Notes: generated from the sequence alone by a model not told the origin. Positions 1-9,945 are shown, counted from the stretch's first letter. The stretch: 64,000 bases of DNA from Polyangiales bacterium (GCA_038231275.1 JBBRLQ010000003.1:320001-384000); one strand, 5' to 3'. Translations and numbers: made by a program.

Positions 1-373
1 GGCCGACGTCGAGGGTGCGCTCCTTCTTGCTCGCGAGGGCCTCCAGGTATTTGTCGAGGCGGTGCTCGAGGCCCAGCGTCTTGCGAAAGTCGCCGCCGGT
101 GCCTTGGCCGATCATCCCGATGCGCGCGTCCTTCTTCGCGAGCATGAGGCCGCCTGCCACCTCGTTGAACGTGCCGTCGCCGCCCACCGCGACCACGAGC
201 TCCGCGCCGGCCTCTGCGGCCTCTCTCGCGAGATCGATCGCGTGACCGCTTCGCTCGGTGTGGAGGATCTCCGCGGCGCCGAGCGCGCGCTCCACCGCCG
301 GCCGCATCTCCTCCCAGACCTTGCCCGTCTTCCCGCCGCCGGAGCGAGGGTTGACGATCAAGACCGGCTTCAC
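1..373 (-). CDS. Diacylglycerol/lipid kinase family protein (5' part; runs off the window edge)
   Basis: Manual minus-strand translation from GTG at 373: MKPVLIVNPRSGGGKTGKVW...TERSGHAIDLA...VVAVGGDGTFNEV, showing the NPxSG and GGDGT motifs of the DAGK family. GTGA overlap with the upstream stop. Confidence 0.9.
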   Translation of the reverse strand, partial: MKPVLIVNPRSGGGKTGKVWEEMRPAVERALGAAEILHTERSGHAIDLAREAAEAGAELVVAVGGDGTFNEVAGGLMLAKKDARIGMIGQGTGGDFRKTLGLEHRLDKYLEALASKKERTLDVG

Positions 374-1389
374 GAGACGCTCGCCTCGCTCATCTGCTGC
401 GGCCAGACGACCCCCCGGGCGCGCAAATCCTTCACCGTGTCGGCGAGGGTCGCGATCGGATCACGCGGCGACCAACCGAGCTCGGTCTCGGCGCGCGACG
501 CGTCGAGGTACCAATAGTACTGGGCCATGTCCAAGCTCGTCGCGTCGACCGGCATCGGGACGCCCATCCTGTCGGCGGCGAGCGAGAGGTACTTCGCGCC
601 CCACCGCGTCAAGGTTGGGACACGAGGCATGCGCGCCATCGGCCCGCGGACGCCGCTCACGCGCCCGAGCCGCGCGAAGAATTCCGCGAGCGTGAGGTTG
701 CAGGCGCCGACGAGGTAGCGTTGCCCCGCCTGCCCGCGCTCCATGGCGAGGCACATCGCCTCCGCGGCGTCGCGCACGTCGACGTACGACAATCCGCCCG
801 GCGGAATCGCGGGGAGACGCCGCTCGAGGTACAAGCGAACGTCCTCTGTCGACGAGCCGCGCTGATCTCCGGGTCCGAGGAGCAACGTCGGATTGACGCT
901 GATCACCTCGAAATCAAGCCCATTTCGCTCGAGCGCAGCGGTCTCGGCGAAGAGCTTCGAGCGGTAGTAGGGCCATCGCTGGAGGAGGCCGAGCGGGACC
1001 TCGTCGTCTTCGCACGCGATGTGATCCGGATCGTCGCTCACGGCGACGGTGCCGCTCGACGACGCGATCACGCACCGCTTCACGCCCGATGCCTTGGCGG
1101 CGTCGAGCGTCGTCTTCGTCCCCTCGACGTGGAGGCGGTACAGCTCCTCGGCGTCCTTGGGGCGACGCGACACGAGGCCTGCGCAATGGAAGAGACCGAT
1201 GCACCCGTCGGCCGCGGCGCGCACGCTCGCGCCGTCGAGCACGTCGCCACGCGCGACCGTGACGCCGAGGTCTTCGAGCTCCGGCTCGTCGCTTCTGCAC
1301 AGTGCAACGATCTCGTGGCCACGTGCCTTCAGCGCGTGGACGAGGTGCGTGCCGAGAAATCCCGTGGCGCCGGTGACGAGGTACCGCAT
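370..1389 (-). CDS. elbE: NAD-dependent epimerase/dehydratase (extended SDR), ElbE-like position
   Basis: MRYLVTGATGFLG Rossmann motif and YYRSK (YxxxK). Alternative GTG start at 1419 overlaps the upstream stop. Gene symbol assigned from operon position. Confidence 0.85.
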   Translation of the reverse strand: MRYLVTGATGFLGTHLVHALKARGHEIVALCRSDEPELEDLGVTVARGDVLDGASVRAAADGCIGLFHCAGLVSRRPKDAEELYRLHVEGTKTTLDAAKASGVKRCVIASSSGTVAVSDDPDHIACEDDEVPLGLLQRWPYYRSKLFAETAALERNGLDFEVISVNPTLLLGPGDQRGSSTEDVRLYLERRLPAIPPGGLSYVDVRDAAEAMCLAMERGQAGQRYLVGACNLTLAEFFARLGRVSGVRGPMARMPRVPTLTRWGAKYLSLAADRMGVPMPVDATSLDMAQYYWYLDASRAETELGWSPRDPIATLADTVKDLRARGVVWPQQMSEASVS

Positions 1390-1415
1390 TTTCGCTCCGC
1401 TCCGCTTTGCTTCAC

Positions 1416-4400
1416 TCACAGGTTGAACACCTTCTGGAATGTCTGGAGCAGCTCTACGTCGTTCGATTTGATCGCGCCGCTCAGGAACTCCGCGGCCCCC
1501 GGCGTGTAGGACTCGCGGACGATCTTCGTGAAGATCTCCGCGCTCGTCTTGAGCACGCAGTCGGCGGTGCCGCCGTCGGGCTTGCCGGCCTTGATTTCGC
1601 ACGTCTCGGCGGACACCTTCACAGTCCACTTCGCCTGCGCGTCCTGACCGAGGGTGAAGTAGTACGACACCGGGCGATCGACGGCCTTCGGCATGAACTT
1701 GGTGCCGAGCTCGTTGAAGAGCGTGACGAGCGGGTGAATTACTACCTCCTCCGGCACGTCCCCGCGCGGCGTCATGCGCGCGAGATCGAAGATGCGCCCT
1801 TCGCGCAGCGCGACGACGGCGAGACGCGCGAGCTTCGCGGCTTCCCGCGCGGCGTCGGCAGGCGTCATGCCCTCGGTCATTCGGCGCATGTCTTGAACGC
1901 ACAGGGGCGGTCCGATGCGCGCCGTGATGTCGCGCTTGCGCGGCAAGAGCACCGAGCCCTTGGGCAATGCGTCGCGCGTGCCCGAGAGGTACACGGGCAG
2001 GATGTCGACCCCGTAGTGCATTGCGAGGTGGCCGACGAGCGGCTTGAACTCCTGCACCTCGCCGTCGGAGCTGCGGGTCCCCTCCGGGAAGATGAGCATC
2101 GTGCGGCCCTCTTCGAGAACCTGCGCGGCCTGGCGCTCGGCCTGACGGAGCGTGCCCTTGCGATCGAGCGCGCGCAGGTTCGTGAAATTCTCGAAGAACG
2201 CCTTTCGCAGCCCGTTGCCCTCGAAGAAGTAGTCCTGCGCCGCGAGCGACACGATGTCCTCGCCGTAGGTGCCGAGGGCGTGGCGCACGAAGCCCATGTC
2301 GAGGTGCGACGCGTGGTTCGAGACGACGATCGTGTTGCGGTTGTGCGGGATGAACGCGCGGCCGTAGACCTTCGAGGTCATCACGCCGCCGTAGAACGCG
2401 TCCTGCGCCTTGCCGATGAGGCGCTTTCCGAGGTCTTTCACCTCGGGCGGCAGCTCGGAGACGAGCTCGAAGCCGCGCTTCTTCTCGTCCTTGTCGCGCC
2501 CTTCGATCGTCTTGGTGCGGCTGGGGACGATCGATTTTCGGCCCTGCACGAGCGCCTCGACCTCGTGCACCGTGAGGCACGCCTGGAGGCCGGACGGCTC
2601 CACCGCGCCGTATTTTGCCTCGAGCGCGACGAGCAGCTCCGTCATCGTGAGCGAGTCGAAGGCGAGATCGCCGAGGAGCGTCATCCCGCTCGAGATGTCC
2701 GCCACGTCCTTGCCGCGCACCGCCGCGATCGCGCGCTTCACGCCGCTCACGTGCGCGTCGTCGTCTTGGGGGCGCGCCGAGCCTGCGATCGTGCGAAGGA
2801 GGATCTGGCGGACCTCCTTGCGCTTCACCTTGCGCGTCGTCGTGCGCGGGAGCACCGCATCGACGAAATGGACGACTGCCGGCTGCTGCCCGTACGGGAG
2901 CTTTCCGAACGCGTCGCGCAGCGATTTACTCGCGCGATCGAGGCGCGCGGCGCGATCGATCGTGTCGTCCTTCGTCGGCACCGCGAGGCACGCGATGCGC
3001 TCGCCGCCGCTCGGCGCGTCGACGCCGACCAGCGCGAGCTCGTCGATGTGCGGGACCTTGCCGACCCTCGCCTCGAGGTCGTCGGGGTAGATGTTCTCGC
3101 CGCTCGCGGTGACGATGACGTCCTTCGAGCGCCCCACGATGATGAGCCGGCCTTGGCGATCGAGCTTGCCGAGATCTCCGGTCTTGAGCCAGCCGTCGGC
3201 GGTCATGACCTCGGCGGTCGCGGCGTCGTCGGTGTAGCCGGCCATCACGTTGGGGCCCTGCGCGAGCACCTCGCCGACGCCGCTCTCGTCCGGCTCGTGG
3301 ATCTTGATCTTCACGCCGGGGACCGGCTTGCCGACCTGTCCGGCCGGCGATTTCGGCGAAGGTTTGGTGACAGTCAGCACCGGCGCCGCCTCGGTGAGGC
3401 CGTAGCCCTCGGTGAGGTGGAGGCCGAGCCCTGCGAAAAGCTTCTGCGTGTCCTTCGGAAGCGCCGCACCACCGCTGATCAGGTACTTGATGTTGCCGCC
3501 GAGGCCCTCGTGAACGGCGCCGAAGAGGATCTTGCCGGCGTCGAGGCCGAGGTTCTTGCCGATGAGGCGATTGAGCTCGGCGGCCCAATGGAAGATCGTC
3601 TCGACCGCCGGCCCCTTCTCTTTCACCTGCGCGACGATGCGCCGCTCGAGGAGCTGCCACAGCGCAGGCACGCCGACCATCGCGGTGATTCGCCCGGCCT
3701 TCAGCCCTGCGGTCACGCGCTCGCCGTTCAGCTCGTCGACGTACACGATGCGCGCGCCGCGCGAGAACGGGAGGAGGAGGCCGCACGTGAACTCGAACGT
3801 GTGGTGCAGCGGCAGGACGCTGAGGACGCGATCCCCGCCATTTAGCGGAAAAATAGGGGCGAGCGACGCGATCAGTGAGACGAAGTTGCCGTGCGTGAGC
3901 CGAACGCCCTTTGGCGTTCCAGTGGTGCCGCTCGTGTAGATGAGGCTCGCGACGTCGCCCGGGAGGACGTCGACGTCGGGCGCCGCGAGCGTCGCATCCT
4001 CTTCCGTAAACGCGTGCAGATTCTCCTCATCGAGGACGACCTTCGCGCCGCTCTCGCGCAGAACGTTCGCGCGTGCCGCGTCGTCCATCGCCGAGTCGAT
4101 CGGCACGGCGACGGCGCCGGCGCGCATGATTCCGAAGTACGCGATGGCCCAGTCAGGATGGTTCGGCGCGCAGATGGCGACGCGATCACCCTTGGTGACG
4201 CCGGCGCTCGCGAGGCGAGAGGCAACCGCGTTGCTGCGATGGAGGACGTCGCGGTACGTGACGCGCGAGAGGCCGTCCTTTTCCATCCGCTGCAGCGCGA
4301 GCCCGAGATCGTGCCGCTCGGCCATCTCGGCGACGAGCGTGACCAACGTCTCGTGCGCCTTGTGCGCCTGCATCTCCTTCGCGATCTTCTTCTCGAGGAC

Positions 4401-6056
4401 CGGCAGGACGCGCTTCTCCATCCCGGGGAGGTTCACCTCGTGCATCCAGTGCGCCCAGTCGATCGTCTCGGGCTGCCACGGGAGCTTCGCTTTGTCCTCG
4501 TCCGAGAGGCGCGCGTACGCGGCGCGCACGTTGGCGCTCGAGAACGGGCCTTTGCTCATCGACATGAACGGCGCGAACAGGCGCAAAATGTCGGCGATCT
4601 TGTCTTCCTGGTACGCGATGCCTTCGAGGGCCTTGGCCATCGGCCGGAGCGCCGGCGCCGTCTTCATCACGCTCGCCAGCGCGCGGCTCGCCTTCGAGAT
4701 CGCGGGGCTGCTCGTCTGCTCGAACGTCTCGCGCGAAACGAACACCGGCTCGATGTGGCCCTGCACGAAGTTCCAGAGCGGGTTGCCCTTGCCCTTCCTC
4801 TGGAAGTGCTTTCGCTTGTAGAGGCCGATGAGCTCGCCGAGGCGGACCGCGGTGGCGGGGTTCGTGTCGCTGACGCCGAACTGGTAGACCGGCTTCTGCG
4901 AGCCCTCGAGCAGCTCGGCGAGCGCGATGAGCATTCCCGCGCAGACCATGTCGGTCGGGATGAAATCCAGGACGGTGTGCGCCGCCGGGATGACCATCTG
5001 CCCCTTCATGATGAGGAACGTGATCGGCGCGCTCGTGCCGATGCCCTCGTTCCAGCCCGGGAACGGGAACGCGATGCACGTCTCGCAGCACGCGGGCCGC
5101 ACGATCGTGAACGGAAGACCGCTCCGCGTGACGACCTGCTCGCCGATGCTCTTCGTGTACGTGTAGATGTTCGGCCAGCCCCAGTGCGTCGCGCGGTCCT
5201 TGCCGCTCTCGACGAGCTGCGCCTCGACCCACTTGCGCGTCACGCGATCGAGCTCGGCCTCGAACGGCGCGCCATGCTGGGGCTCGCCGCGCTTCTCGAG
5301 GCTCGCCTTGGCGGTCTCGGTGAACTCGGAGACGCGAAACGCGTCCTCCGCGCGGTGCTTGGCCTGCGCGATGAGCTCGAGGCACTCGGCGATCTCGCGG
5401 TTCGGGTCCCACGCGTCCACCGGCAGCTCGTCGAAGCGCGGGAAGGGGCGCTCGAACGGATCGACCTCCGGCACGAAGCCGTCGCGATCGCCGCACACGT
5501 AGCACGTGCTCGTGTGCATGAGCGGCGCGCCGCCGAGCTCCTTGCAGAGTGCAACCAAATTTTGCGCGCCGAAGGCGTTTGCCTCGATCGACTCGTCGAG
5601 CGGCGGGTTGAAGTCGACGACGCCCGCGACGTTCACGACCGCGTCGATGGTGCCGCGCAGCTCGGCGATGACTTCAGCTTTGATCCCGCAGTTGGGGAGA
5701 CCCATGTCGCCGTCGATGGGGACGATCTTCTCGCGGAGGAACGCCTCGAAGCCGTCGCCGTAGCGATCGCGCAGCGGCTGGAGCGCCTCGCTCGTGGCGA
5801 CCTGCGCCCAGAACCGCTCGTCGCTCGACTGCACGGCGTTCGAGCGCACGAGCATGTAGAGCTTCCCGAGCGTCGGGTAGCGGTCGAGGAGCATGCACCA
5901 GAAGACCTTGCCGAGGAACCCGGTGCCGCCGAGGATCACGAGGCGCGCGCCGCCGTACATCGCGCTCGGATCGAGCTCGGGCGTGGTCGTGCCGCTCCCG
6001 TACGCGCCGTTCGCGCCGTTGGCGACGCCGTTGACGCCGTTTTCGTGACCGCTCAT
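1416..6056 (-). CDS. elbD: Multifunctional ether-lipid enzyme: fatty acyl reductase + acyl-CoA ligase + ACP + acyltransferase + C-terminal SCP2-like domain
   Basis: GGTGFLG and YTYTK (reductase); YTSGTTGTPKG, YGLTE, TGD (adenylation); FDSL (carrier Ser); NHASHLD and FPEGTRS (PlsC type); tail ADCVLKTSAEIF..FLSGAIK resembles SCP2. Domain order matches Myxococcus ElbD. Confidence 0.88.
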   Translation of the reverse strand: MSGHENGVNGVANGANGAYGSGTTTPELDPSAMYGGARLVILGGTGFLGKVFWCMLLDRYPTLGKLYMLVRSNAVQSSDERFWAQVATSEALQPLRDRYGDGFEAFLREKIVPIDGDMGLPNCGIKAEVIAELRGTIDAVVNVAGVVDFNPPLDESIEANAFGAQNLVALCKELGGAPLMHTSTCYVCGDRDGFVPEVDPFERPFPRFDELPVDAWDPNREIAECLELIAQAKHRAEDAFRVSEFTETAKASLEKRGEPQHGAPFEAELDRVTRKWVEAQLVESGKDRATHWGWPNIYTYTKSIGEQVVTRSGLPFTIVRPACCETCIAFPFPGWNEGIGTSAPITFLIMKGQMVIPAAHTVLDFIPTDMVCAGMLIALAELLEGSQKPVYQFGVSDTNPATAVRLGELIGLYKRKHFQRKGKGNPLWNFVQGHIEPVFVSRETFEQTSSPAISKASRALASVMKTAPALRPMAKALEGIAYQEDKIADILRLFAPFMSMSKGPFSSANVRAAYARLSDEDKAKLPWQPETIDWAHWMHEVNLPGMEKRVLPVLEKKIAKEMQAHKAHETLVTLVAEMAERHDLGLALQRMEKDGLSRVTYRDVLHRSNAVASRLASAGVTKGDRVAICAPNHPDWAIAYFGIMRAGAVAVPIDSAMDDAARANVLRESGAKVVLDEENLHAFTEEDATLAAPDVDVLPGDVASLIYTSGTTGTPKGVRLTHGNFVSLIASLAPIFPLNGGDRVLSVLPLHHTFEFTCGLLLPFSRGARIVYVDELNGERVTAGLKAGRITAMVGVPALWQLLERRIVAQVKEKGPAVETIFHWAAELNRLIGKNLGLDAGKILFGAVHEGLGGNIKYLISGGAALPKDTQKLFAGLGLHLTEGYGLTEAAPVLTVTKPSPKSPAGQVGKPVPGVKIKIHEPDESGVGEVLAQGPNVMAGYTDDAATAEVMTADGWLKTGDLGKLDRQGRLIIVGRSKDVIVTASGENIYPDDLEARVGKVPHIDELALVGVDAPSGGERIACLAVPTKDDTIDRAARLDRASKSLRDAFGKLPYGQQPAVVHFVDAVLPRTTTRKVKRKEVRQILLRTIAGSARPQDDDAHVSGVKRAIAAVRGKDVADISSGMTLLGDLAFDSLTMTELLVALEAKYGAVEPSGLQACLTVHEVEALVQGRKSIVPSRTKTIEGRDKDEKKRGFELVSELPPEVKDLGKRLIGKAQDAFYGGVMTSKVYGRAFIPHNRNTIVVSNHASHLDMGFVRHALGTYGEDIVSLAAQDYFFEGNGLRKAFFENFTNLRALDRKGTLRQAERQAAQVLEEGRTMLIFPEGTRSSDGEVQEFKPLVGHLAMHYGVDILPVYLSGTRDALPKGSVLLPRKRDITARIGPPLCVQDMRRMTEGMTPADAAREAAKLARLAVVALREGRIFDLARMTPRGDVPEEVVIHPLVTLFNELGTKFMPKAVDRPVSYYFTLGQDAQAKWTVKVSAETCEIKAGKPDGGTADCVLKTSAEIFTKIVRESYTPGAAEFLSGAIKSNDVELLQTFQKVFNL

Positions 6057-6063
6057 CGTCCCC

Positions 6064-7644
6064 TCACACCGTCACGTCCGCCATGACGATGGGCGGCATG
6101 TGCATCATCGTGATCTCGGGGCTCGGGCCGTGGTGGCTCTGCGCCATCTCGAGCGCCTCCGGCATCGAGCGCGCGGTCTGGTAGCCGAGGAGCTTGGGGA
6201 TGTACTCGTTGTCGGCGCCGACGACGATGACGCGCCCGAGGTGCTGCCGACCGGCCTCGCCCCAGTACCACATGAAGAACGGGTGAGCCGGGTGGTACGC
6301 GTGGCCCGAGCGGTACTTCTGGATGAGCGCGGGGTTCGACGCGAACTTCTTCTCGAAGCGCTTGTGCAGCTCGAGCCCGTCACGCGTCTCCGGGAGGAGG
6401 TTGTGGACGAACTCGATGTACGGAGCGTGGTGCTCCTTGTCGAACTGATCGGTGCACGGGTGCGTGACGATCATCGTGCCGCCCTTTTTGACGAGCGGCG
6501 CGTTCCTGTACATGTTGAAGAGGTACCCCTCGGCCATCACGCTCACGAGGAGCGGATTGAGGAACGAGTTCACGTTGTACGGGCTGATGAACGGGATGCC
6601 GGTGACGAGCACGTCGGCCTGGCCGCGAATGGGCACCGAGTACTGCTCGTAGCACTTGGCGAGCGTGTGCGGATGGACCGCCTCCGTCTCGCCCGCGAAG
6701 ACGCCGGTGATGCCGTACGGGCTCGGGACCTTCTGGAAGATCGCCTGACGCGCGGGCTGCGGGAGCTTGTCGAGCGTGAAGCGAAGCGCGCGGAGGGCGG
6801 TGCGCTCGCTGCCCGAGAGATCGTCCTCGTTCTTGTGCAAGAACTCGAGCGGCCGATCGAACATGCGGTTGTTCACCGTGGTCTCGATCGTGAACACGTT
6901 GAGCGTCTTGTTGGCGAGCCGCCCCATCCGCTCGACGCTGGTCGCGAGCGCGGAGCTCGACGGGTCCATGTACGAGTGGCAGTTGCGCATCGTCTGCGGC
7001 GTGTGGTGCGCCTGGAGCGAGCGGTACCCGCACAGGCCGACCGCGACGGACTTGTGACCGCCGTCCATCGGCACGAGGTTGAGGTTCACGTAGATGAGGA
7101 GATCCGACTCGACCGCCTTGCGATTGAGCTCGACGACCTCGCCCATTTCGGTCGTGCCGAGCTCCTTCATCCCCTTCGCGTCTTCCGCGTCGTGGTTGTA
7201 GAGGCGGTGCGGGTAGTACTTGGAGTGGATGCGATCGCCGACGATGTGGCGGATCTCTTCCGACGTCATGCGACGGTGCACGCTCGTCGCGATGATCATC
7301 TCGACGTCCTCGACGCCGTGATCGGCCAGCATTTCGAGGACGATCGTGAGCACGCGCTCGCGCACGTCGGGGCGGCGCATCGGCGGGAGCGGGAGCGAGA
7401 TGTCGTCGATGGCGATGACGACCTTCATCCCGGGGCGGAGCTTCGCGTGGAGCGGGTCCGAGCCGTGAGGGTGGTTTAGCGCGTAGCGAATCGCCGCATC
7501 GGGATCCTTCAGCGCGGCGAGCGGCGCGCGCGGGTAGATGACGCGCGTGCCGGCCGGCATGTCGACCTCCACCAGCCTGTCGCCGGCGAAGATGGTGCGC
7601 GGCGCGCTCTTGCGGTCGAGGGTGACGACGAGGGGGTGGGTCAT
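6064..7644 (-). CDS. elbC: Lactate racemase (LarA/DUF2088) domain protein, ElbC-like
   Basis: IAIDDISLP, ATSVHRRMT, NHD and GGHKS align with LarA N-terminal motifs. ATG at 7644 overlaps the HAD gene stop (ATGA). Confidence 0.75.
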   Translation of the reverse strand: MTHPLVVTLDRKSAPRTIFAGDRLVEVDMPAGTRVIYPRAPLAALKDPDAAIRYALNHPHGSDPLHAKLRPGMKVVIAIDDISLPLPPMRRPDVRERVLTIVLEMLADHGVEDVEMIIATSVHRRMTSEEIRHIVGDRIHSKYYPHRLYNHDAEDAKGMKELGTTEMGEVVELNRKAVESDLLIYVNLNLVPMDGGHKSVAVGLCGYRSLQAHHTPQTMRNCHSYMDPSSSALATSVERMGRLANKTLNVFTIETTVNNRMFDRPLEFLHKNEDDLSGSERTALRALRFTLDKLPQPARQAIFQKVPSPYGITGVFAGETEAVHPHTLAKCYEQYSVPIRGQADVLVTGIPFISPYNVNSFLNPLLVSVMAEGYLFNMYRNAPLVKKGGTMIVTHPCTDQFDKEHHAPYIEFVHNLLPETRDGLELHKRFEKKFASNPALIQKYRSGHAYHPAHPFFMWYWGEAGRQHLGRVIVVGADNEYIPKLLGYQTARSMPEALEMAQSHHGPSPEITMMHMPPIVMADVTV

Positions 7645-8354
7645 GACAACAGCTCCCGAACGGTTCCAGTGAGGCCCCTCTTCGGGCGCGATTCCTTCTC
7701 GAGGCGGACGATCGGCCATCCGTACGCGTTCGCGAGGCGCTCGAGCTTCGCGTCGGGGTTCACGGCGGCGGGGTGGCCGACGACCGAGAGCATCGGCACG
7801 TCGGAGTAGCTGTCGGAGTACGCGAAGCAGTCGTCGAGATCGTGGCCCTTCAACTTGGCGTGATCGCGGATGAGGCGCGCCTTCTCGGGACCGGCGACGA
7901 CGGGACGCAGCAGCCGCCCGGTCGCGTAGTGGTCCTTGATCTCGAGGCGGTTCGCGATGACCGTATGCGCGCCGAGGAATGCGGCGAGGCGGCCCATCAA
8001 GAAATCGAGCGCGCCCGACACGAGGACCACCTCGTGGCCTTGGTCCACGCACGTCTGCACGAGATCGCGCGCGTGGGGGAAGAGCGCGCGCTTGATGACG
8101 GCGTCGAACGTCTCGTCGGCGAGGCAGTGGAGCCGATCCTCGCTCATCCCTTCGTACGCGCTGAACAGCATCTCGTTGAAGAGGCGTCGATCGCGCATCT
8201 CGGCGAGCACCAGCTGCGGCGCCCTCACGGCTGTGCGCGCGAGCTTGCCGAGGCTGCGAAGCGGATTCTGTTGATTCAGAAGATAGAAAATCGTCGGATG
8301 GAGCAAGTTCGTCGTGAGGAGGGTGCCGTCCACGTCGAAGTAACTTGCTGCCAT
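7641..8354 (-). CDS. elbB: HAD-IB family phosphatase, ElbB-like
   Basis: FDVDGTL (motif I), LVSG (II), K, YSDSYSD (IV), VNPD. Confidence 0.85.
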   Translation of the reverse strand: MAASYFDVDGTLLTTNLLHPTIFYLLNQQNPLRSLGKLARTAVRAPQLVLAEMRDRRLFNEMLFSAYEGMSEDRLHCLADETFDAVIKRALFPHARDLVQTCVDQGHEVVLVSGALDFLMGRLAAFLGAHTVIANRLEIKDHYATGRLLRPVVAGPEKARLIRDHAKLKGHDLDDCFAYSDSYSDVPMLSVVGHPAAVNPDAKLERLANAYGWPIVRLEKESRPKRGLTGTVRELLS

Positions 8355-8463
8355 GATGGGGCGTGGGGTTTCGCGCGCCGACAGGCCTTTGTCAATGCGT
8401 CGGGTGTTACGCGGGAAAATGAGGGGTCCCCGGGTCGTCCCCGGTCCGTCTCTGACCCCGACC

Positions 8464-9603
8464 TCAGCCCCCGCACTTGCCCAAATGCGCGCCAATTTGG
8501 AGTGGCGCGAGGTCGACCGAGTGGCCGTTCGCGAGGAAAGGGATGTGCGGCTTGATTTCGATCTGCGCGATGTCTTTCGGCGCGACTCCGTTCGCGAACA
8601 GGAACACCGGGGCCGTGAAGGCCGTAAGCGTGTAGCTCATTCCGTTGCCGGAGAGGTTCTGGCTGCCCGCCGGATACGTGAAGACCCAGTGCGCGTCGTT
8701 CTGCTGGCCGTGCATGTTGCCGACCCGGTACATGTCGATGTTGCCGTCTTTTGCGCCAAAAAACGGGTTCTTCGCCCCCATCGCCGTGAGAGACGGGTAC
8801 GTCTTTCCGCCGATCTTCACGTCCTTGTCGAAGTTGTCGATCGTGCCGCTGAGATCGTACGTGTCGGCGTCCTTCAAGACCTTGCCGCCGGTGTAATCGG
8901 AGAGCGCGGGGTGCTTGCCGATGCCGTCGAAGGTGACGTGGATCGCGACGCGCTTGGTCTCGTCGAAGTTCTTGGTGAGGGGCCCGCCGCCGGTCGGCGT
9001 GGCGAGGCGCTCGGAGACCGTTCCGTCCCAAGTCCCGAGCAAACGGCTGTCGATCGCGCAGCCGTCGAGCTCGACGACCGGGCGCGCGGTCTTGATGTGA
9101 ATCGCGGTAGCCGCGCCATGCGGCGAGTCCACCGCACCGCCGAGAGTGCCGGTGAACTGATAAATCGTGAGCGCCATGCGGTTGGTCGGCGCGTGCATCG
9201 TCTTCGGGAGCTTCTTCGCGCCGTCGGCGTAGGCGATGGGCGCGTTGGCGCTGTCGACCGGGAGGTAGAGCTTTCCATCGCGGTCCCAAAGCACGAACGC
9301 GCCGGAAAAATCCGTGGGAACAGAGGCGCCGGCGTAGAGCGAGATCGTTCCGCTGCTCGTCTTGTCGGCCGGAAGACGCACCGCTGGGGCCGCGTCGAAG
9401 GGCTGCGCGCAGGCGAGGATTGTGTCGCCGGCGCCGTTCTTCGTGACGGTCCCGGTCTGGCAGGCCTTGGCTTCCTCGGCCGAGGGGGGCGTGCTCGCGG
9501 TGACGTCGCTGTCGTCGCCGGCTGCCGAATCGCCGCTCCCGGAGCCGCACGCGGTGGCGGCGAACGCGAGGAGAGAGAGAAGGGGAAGGATGGACGCGCG
9601 CAC
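8464..9603 (-). CDS. Hypothetical secreted lipoprotein
   Basis: Lipobox-type signal (LLAFAATAC), GAGGTG SD before GTG at 9603, GC3-biased codons. No family recognised. Confidence 0.75.
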   Translation of the reverse strand: MRASILPLLSLLAFAATACGSGSGDSAAGDDSDVTASTPPSAEEAKACQTGTVTKNGAGDTILACAQPFDAAPAVRLPADKTSSGTISLYAGASVPTDFSGAFVLWDRDGKLYLPVDSANAPIAYADGAKKLPKTMHAPTNRMALTIYQFTGTLGGAVDSPHGAATAIHIKTARPVVELDGCAIDSRLLGTWDGTVSERLATPTGGGPLTKNFDETKRVAIHVTFDGIGKHPALSDYTGGKVLKDADTYDLSGTIDNFDKDVKIGGKTYPSLTAMGAKNPFFGAKDGNIDMYRVGNMHGQQNDAHWVFTYPAGSQNLSGNGMSYTLTAFTAPVFLFANGVAPKDIAQIEIKPHIPFLANGHSVDLAPLQIGAHLGKCGG

Positions 9604-9627
9604 GGAGATCACCTCGTGTCTCCGTGG

Positions 9628-9643
9628 TGCAACGGAGATGCCA
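9628..9643 (-). promoter_or_regulatory. Sigma-54 -24/-12 promoter
   Basis: Minus strand TGGCATCTCCGTTGCA fits TGGCA-N6-TTGCA with correct GG/GC spacing, 25 bp upstream of the lipoprotein start. Confidence 0.75.
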
Positions 9644-9789
9644 GGTAACCTACATGTAATCTCAAGTAGGTACCGTCGCATTTCGAGGAAAGTGAATCGC
9701 TGAGGATCCAGCTTCGGCGTCCATGCCCGCACCGCGCCGGCTTACCGGCTAGGGCTTCACGCCCGCGCGGGCTCGTTCAAATAGGGACC

Positions 9790-9819
9790 AAGTTGTAATA
9801 CAAATTGGTAATACAACTT
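9790..9819. promoter_or_regulatory. 30-bp AT-rich near-palindrome (candidate enhancer/operator)
   Basis: AAGTTGTAATACAAATTGGTAATACAACTT: 13 of 15 positions pair per arm and it contains GTAATACAA twice, in a GC-rich background. Confidence 0.6.
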
Positions 9820-9945
9820 TTGCCCCGATGTTTGGGTTGGCGTGCGCGCGCAAGCCGTCGCTTGCGCAGGCCACCACGTGGGTTCGCCCGCTCGTAGTTC
9901 CGCCATGGCCCAGGACGACGGATGGCGCAAAGTCCCCCGACCAGA

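Noticed and set aside
1407-6086. Long + strand ORFs (812 aa, 731 aa) and many similar ORFs across the window
   Set aside because: Antisense or off-frame shadows of real genes. Stop codons are rare at this GC content and the products are Arg/Ala-rich without motifs.
8367-8395. TTGACA upstream of the HAD gene
   Set aside because: No acceptable -10 element at 16-18 bp spacing.
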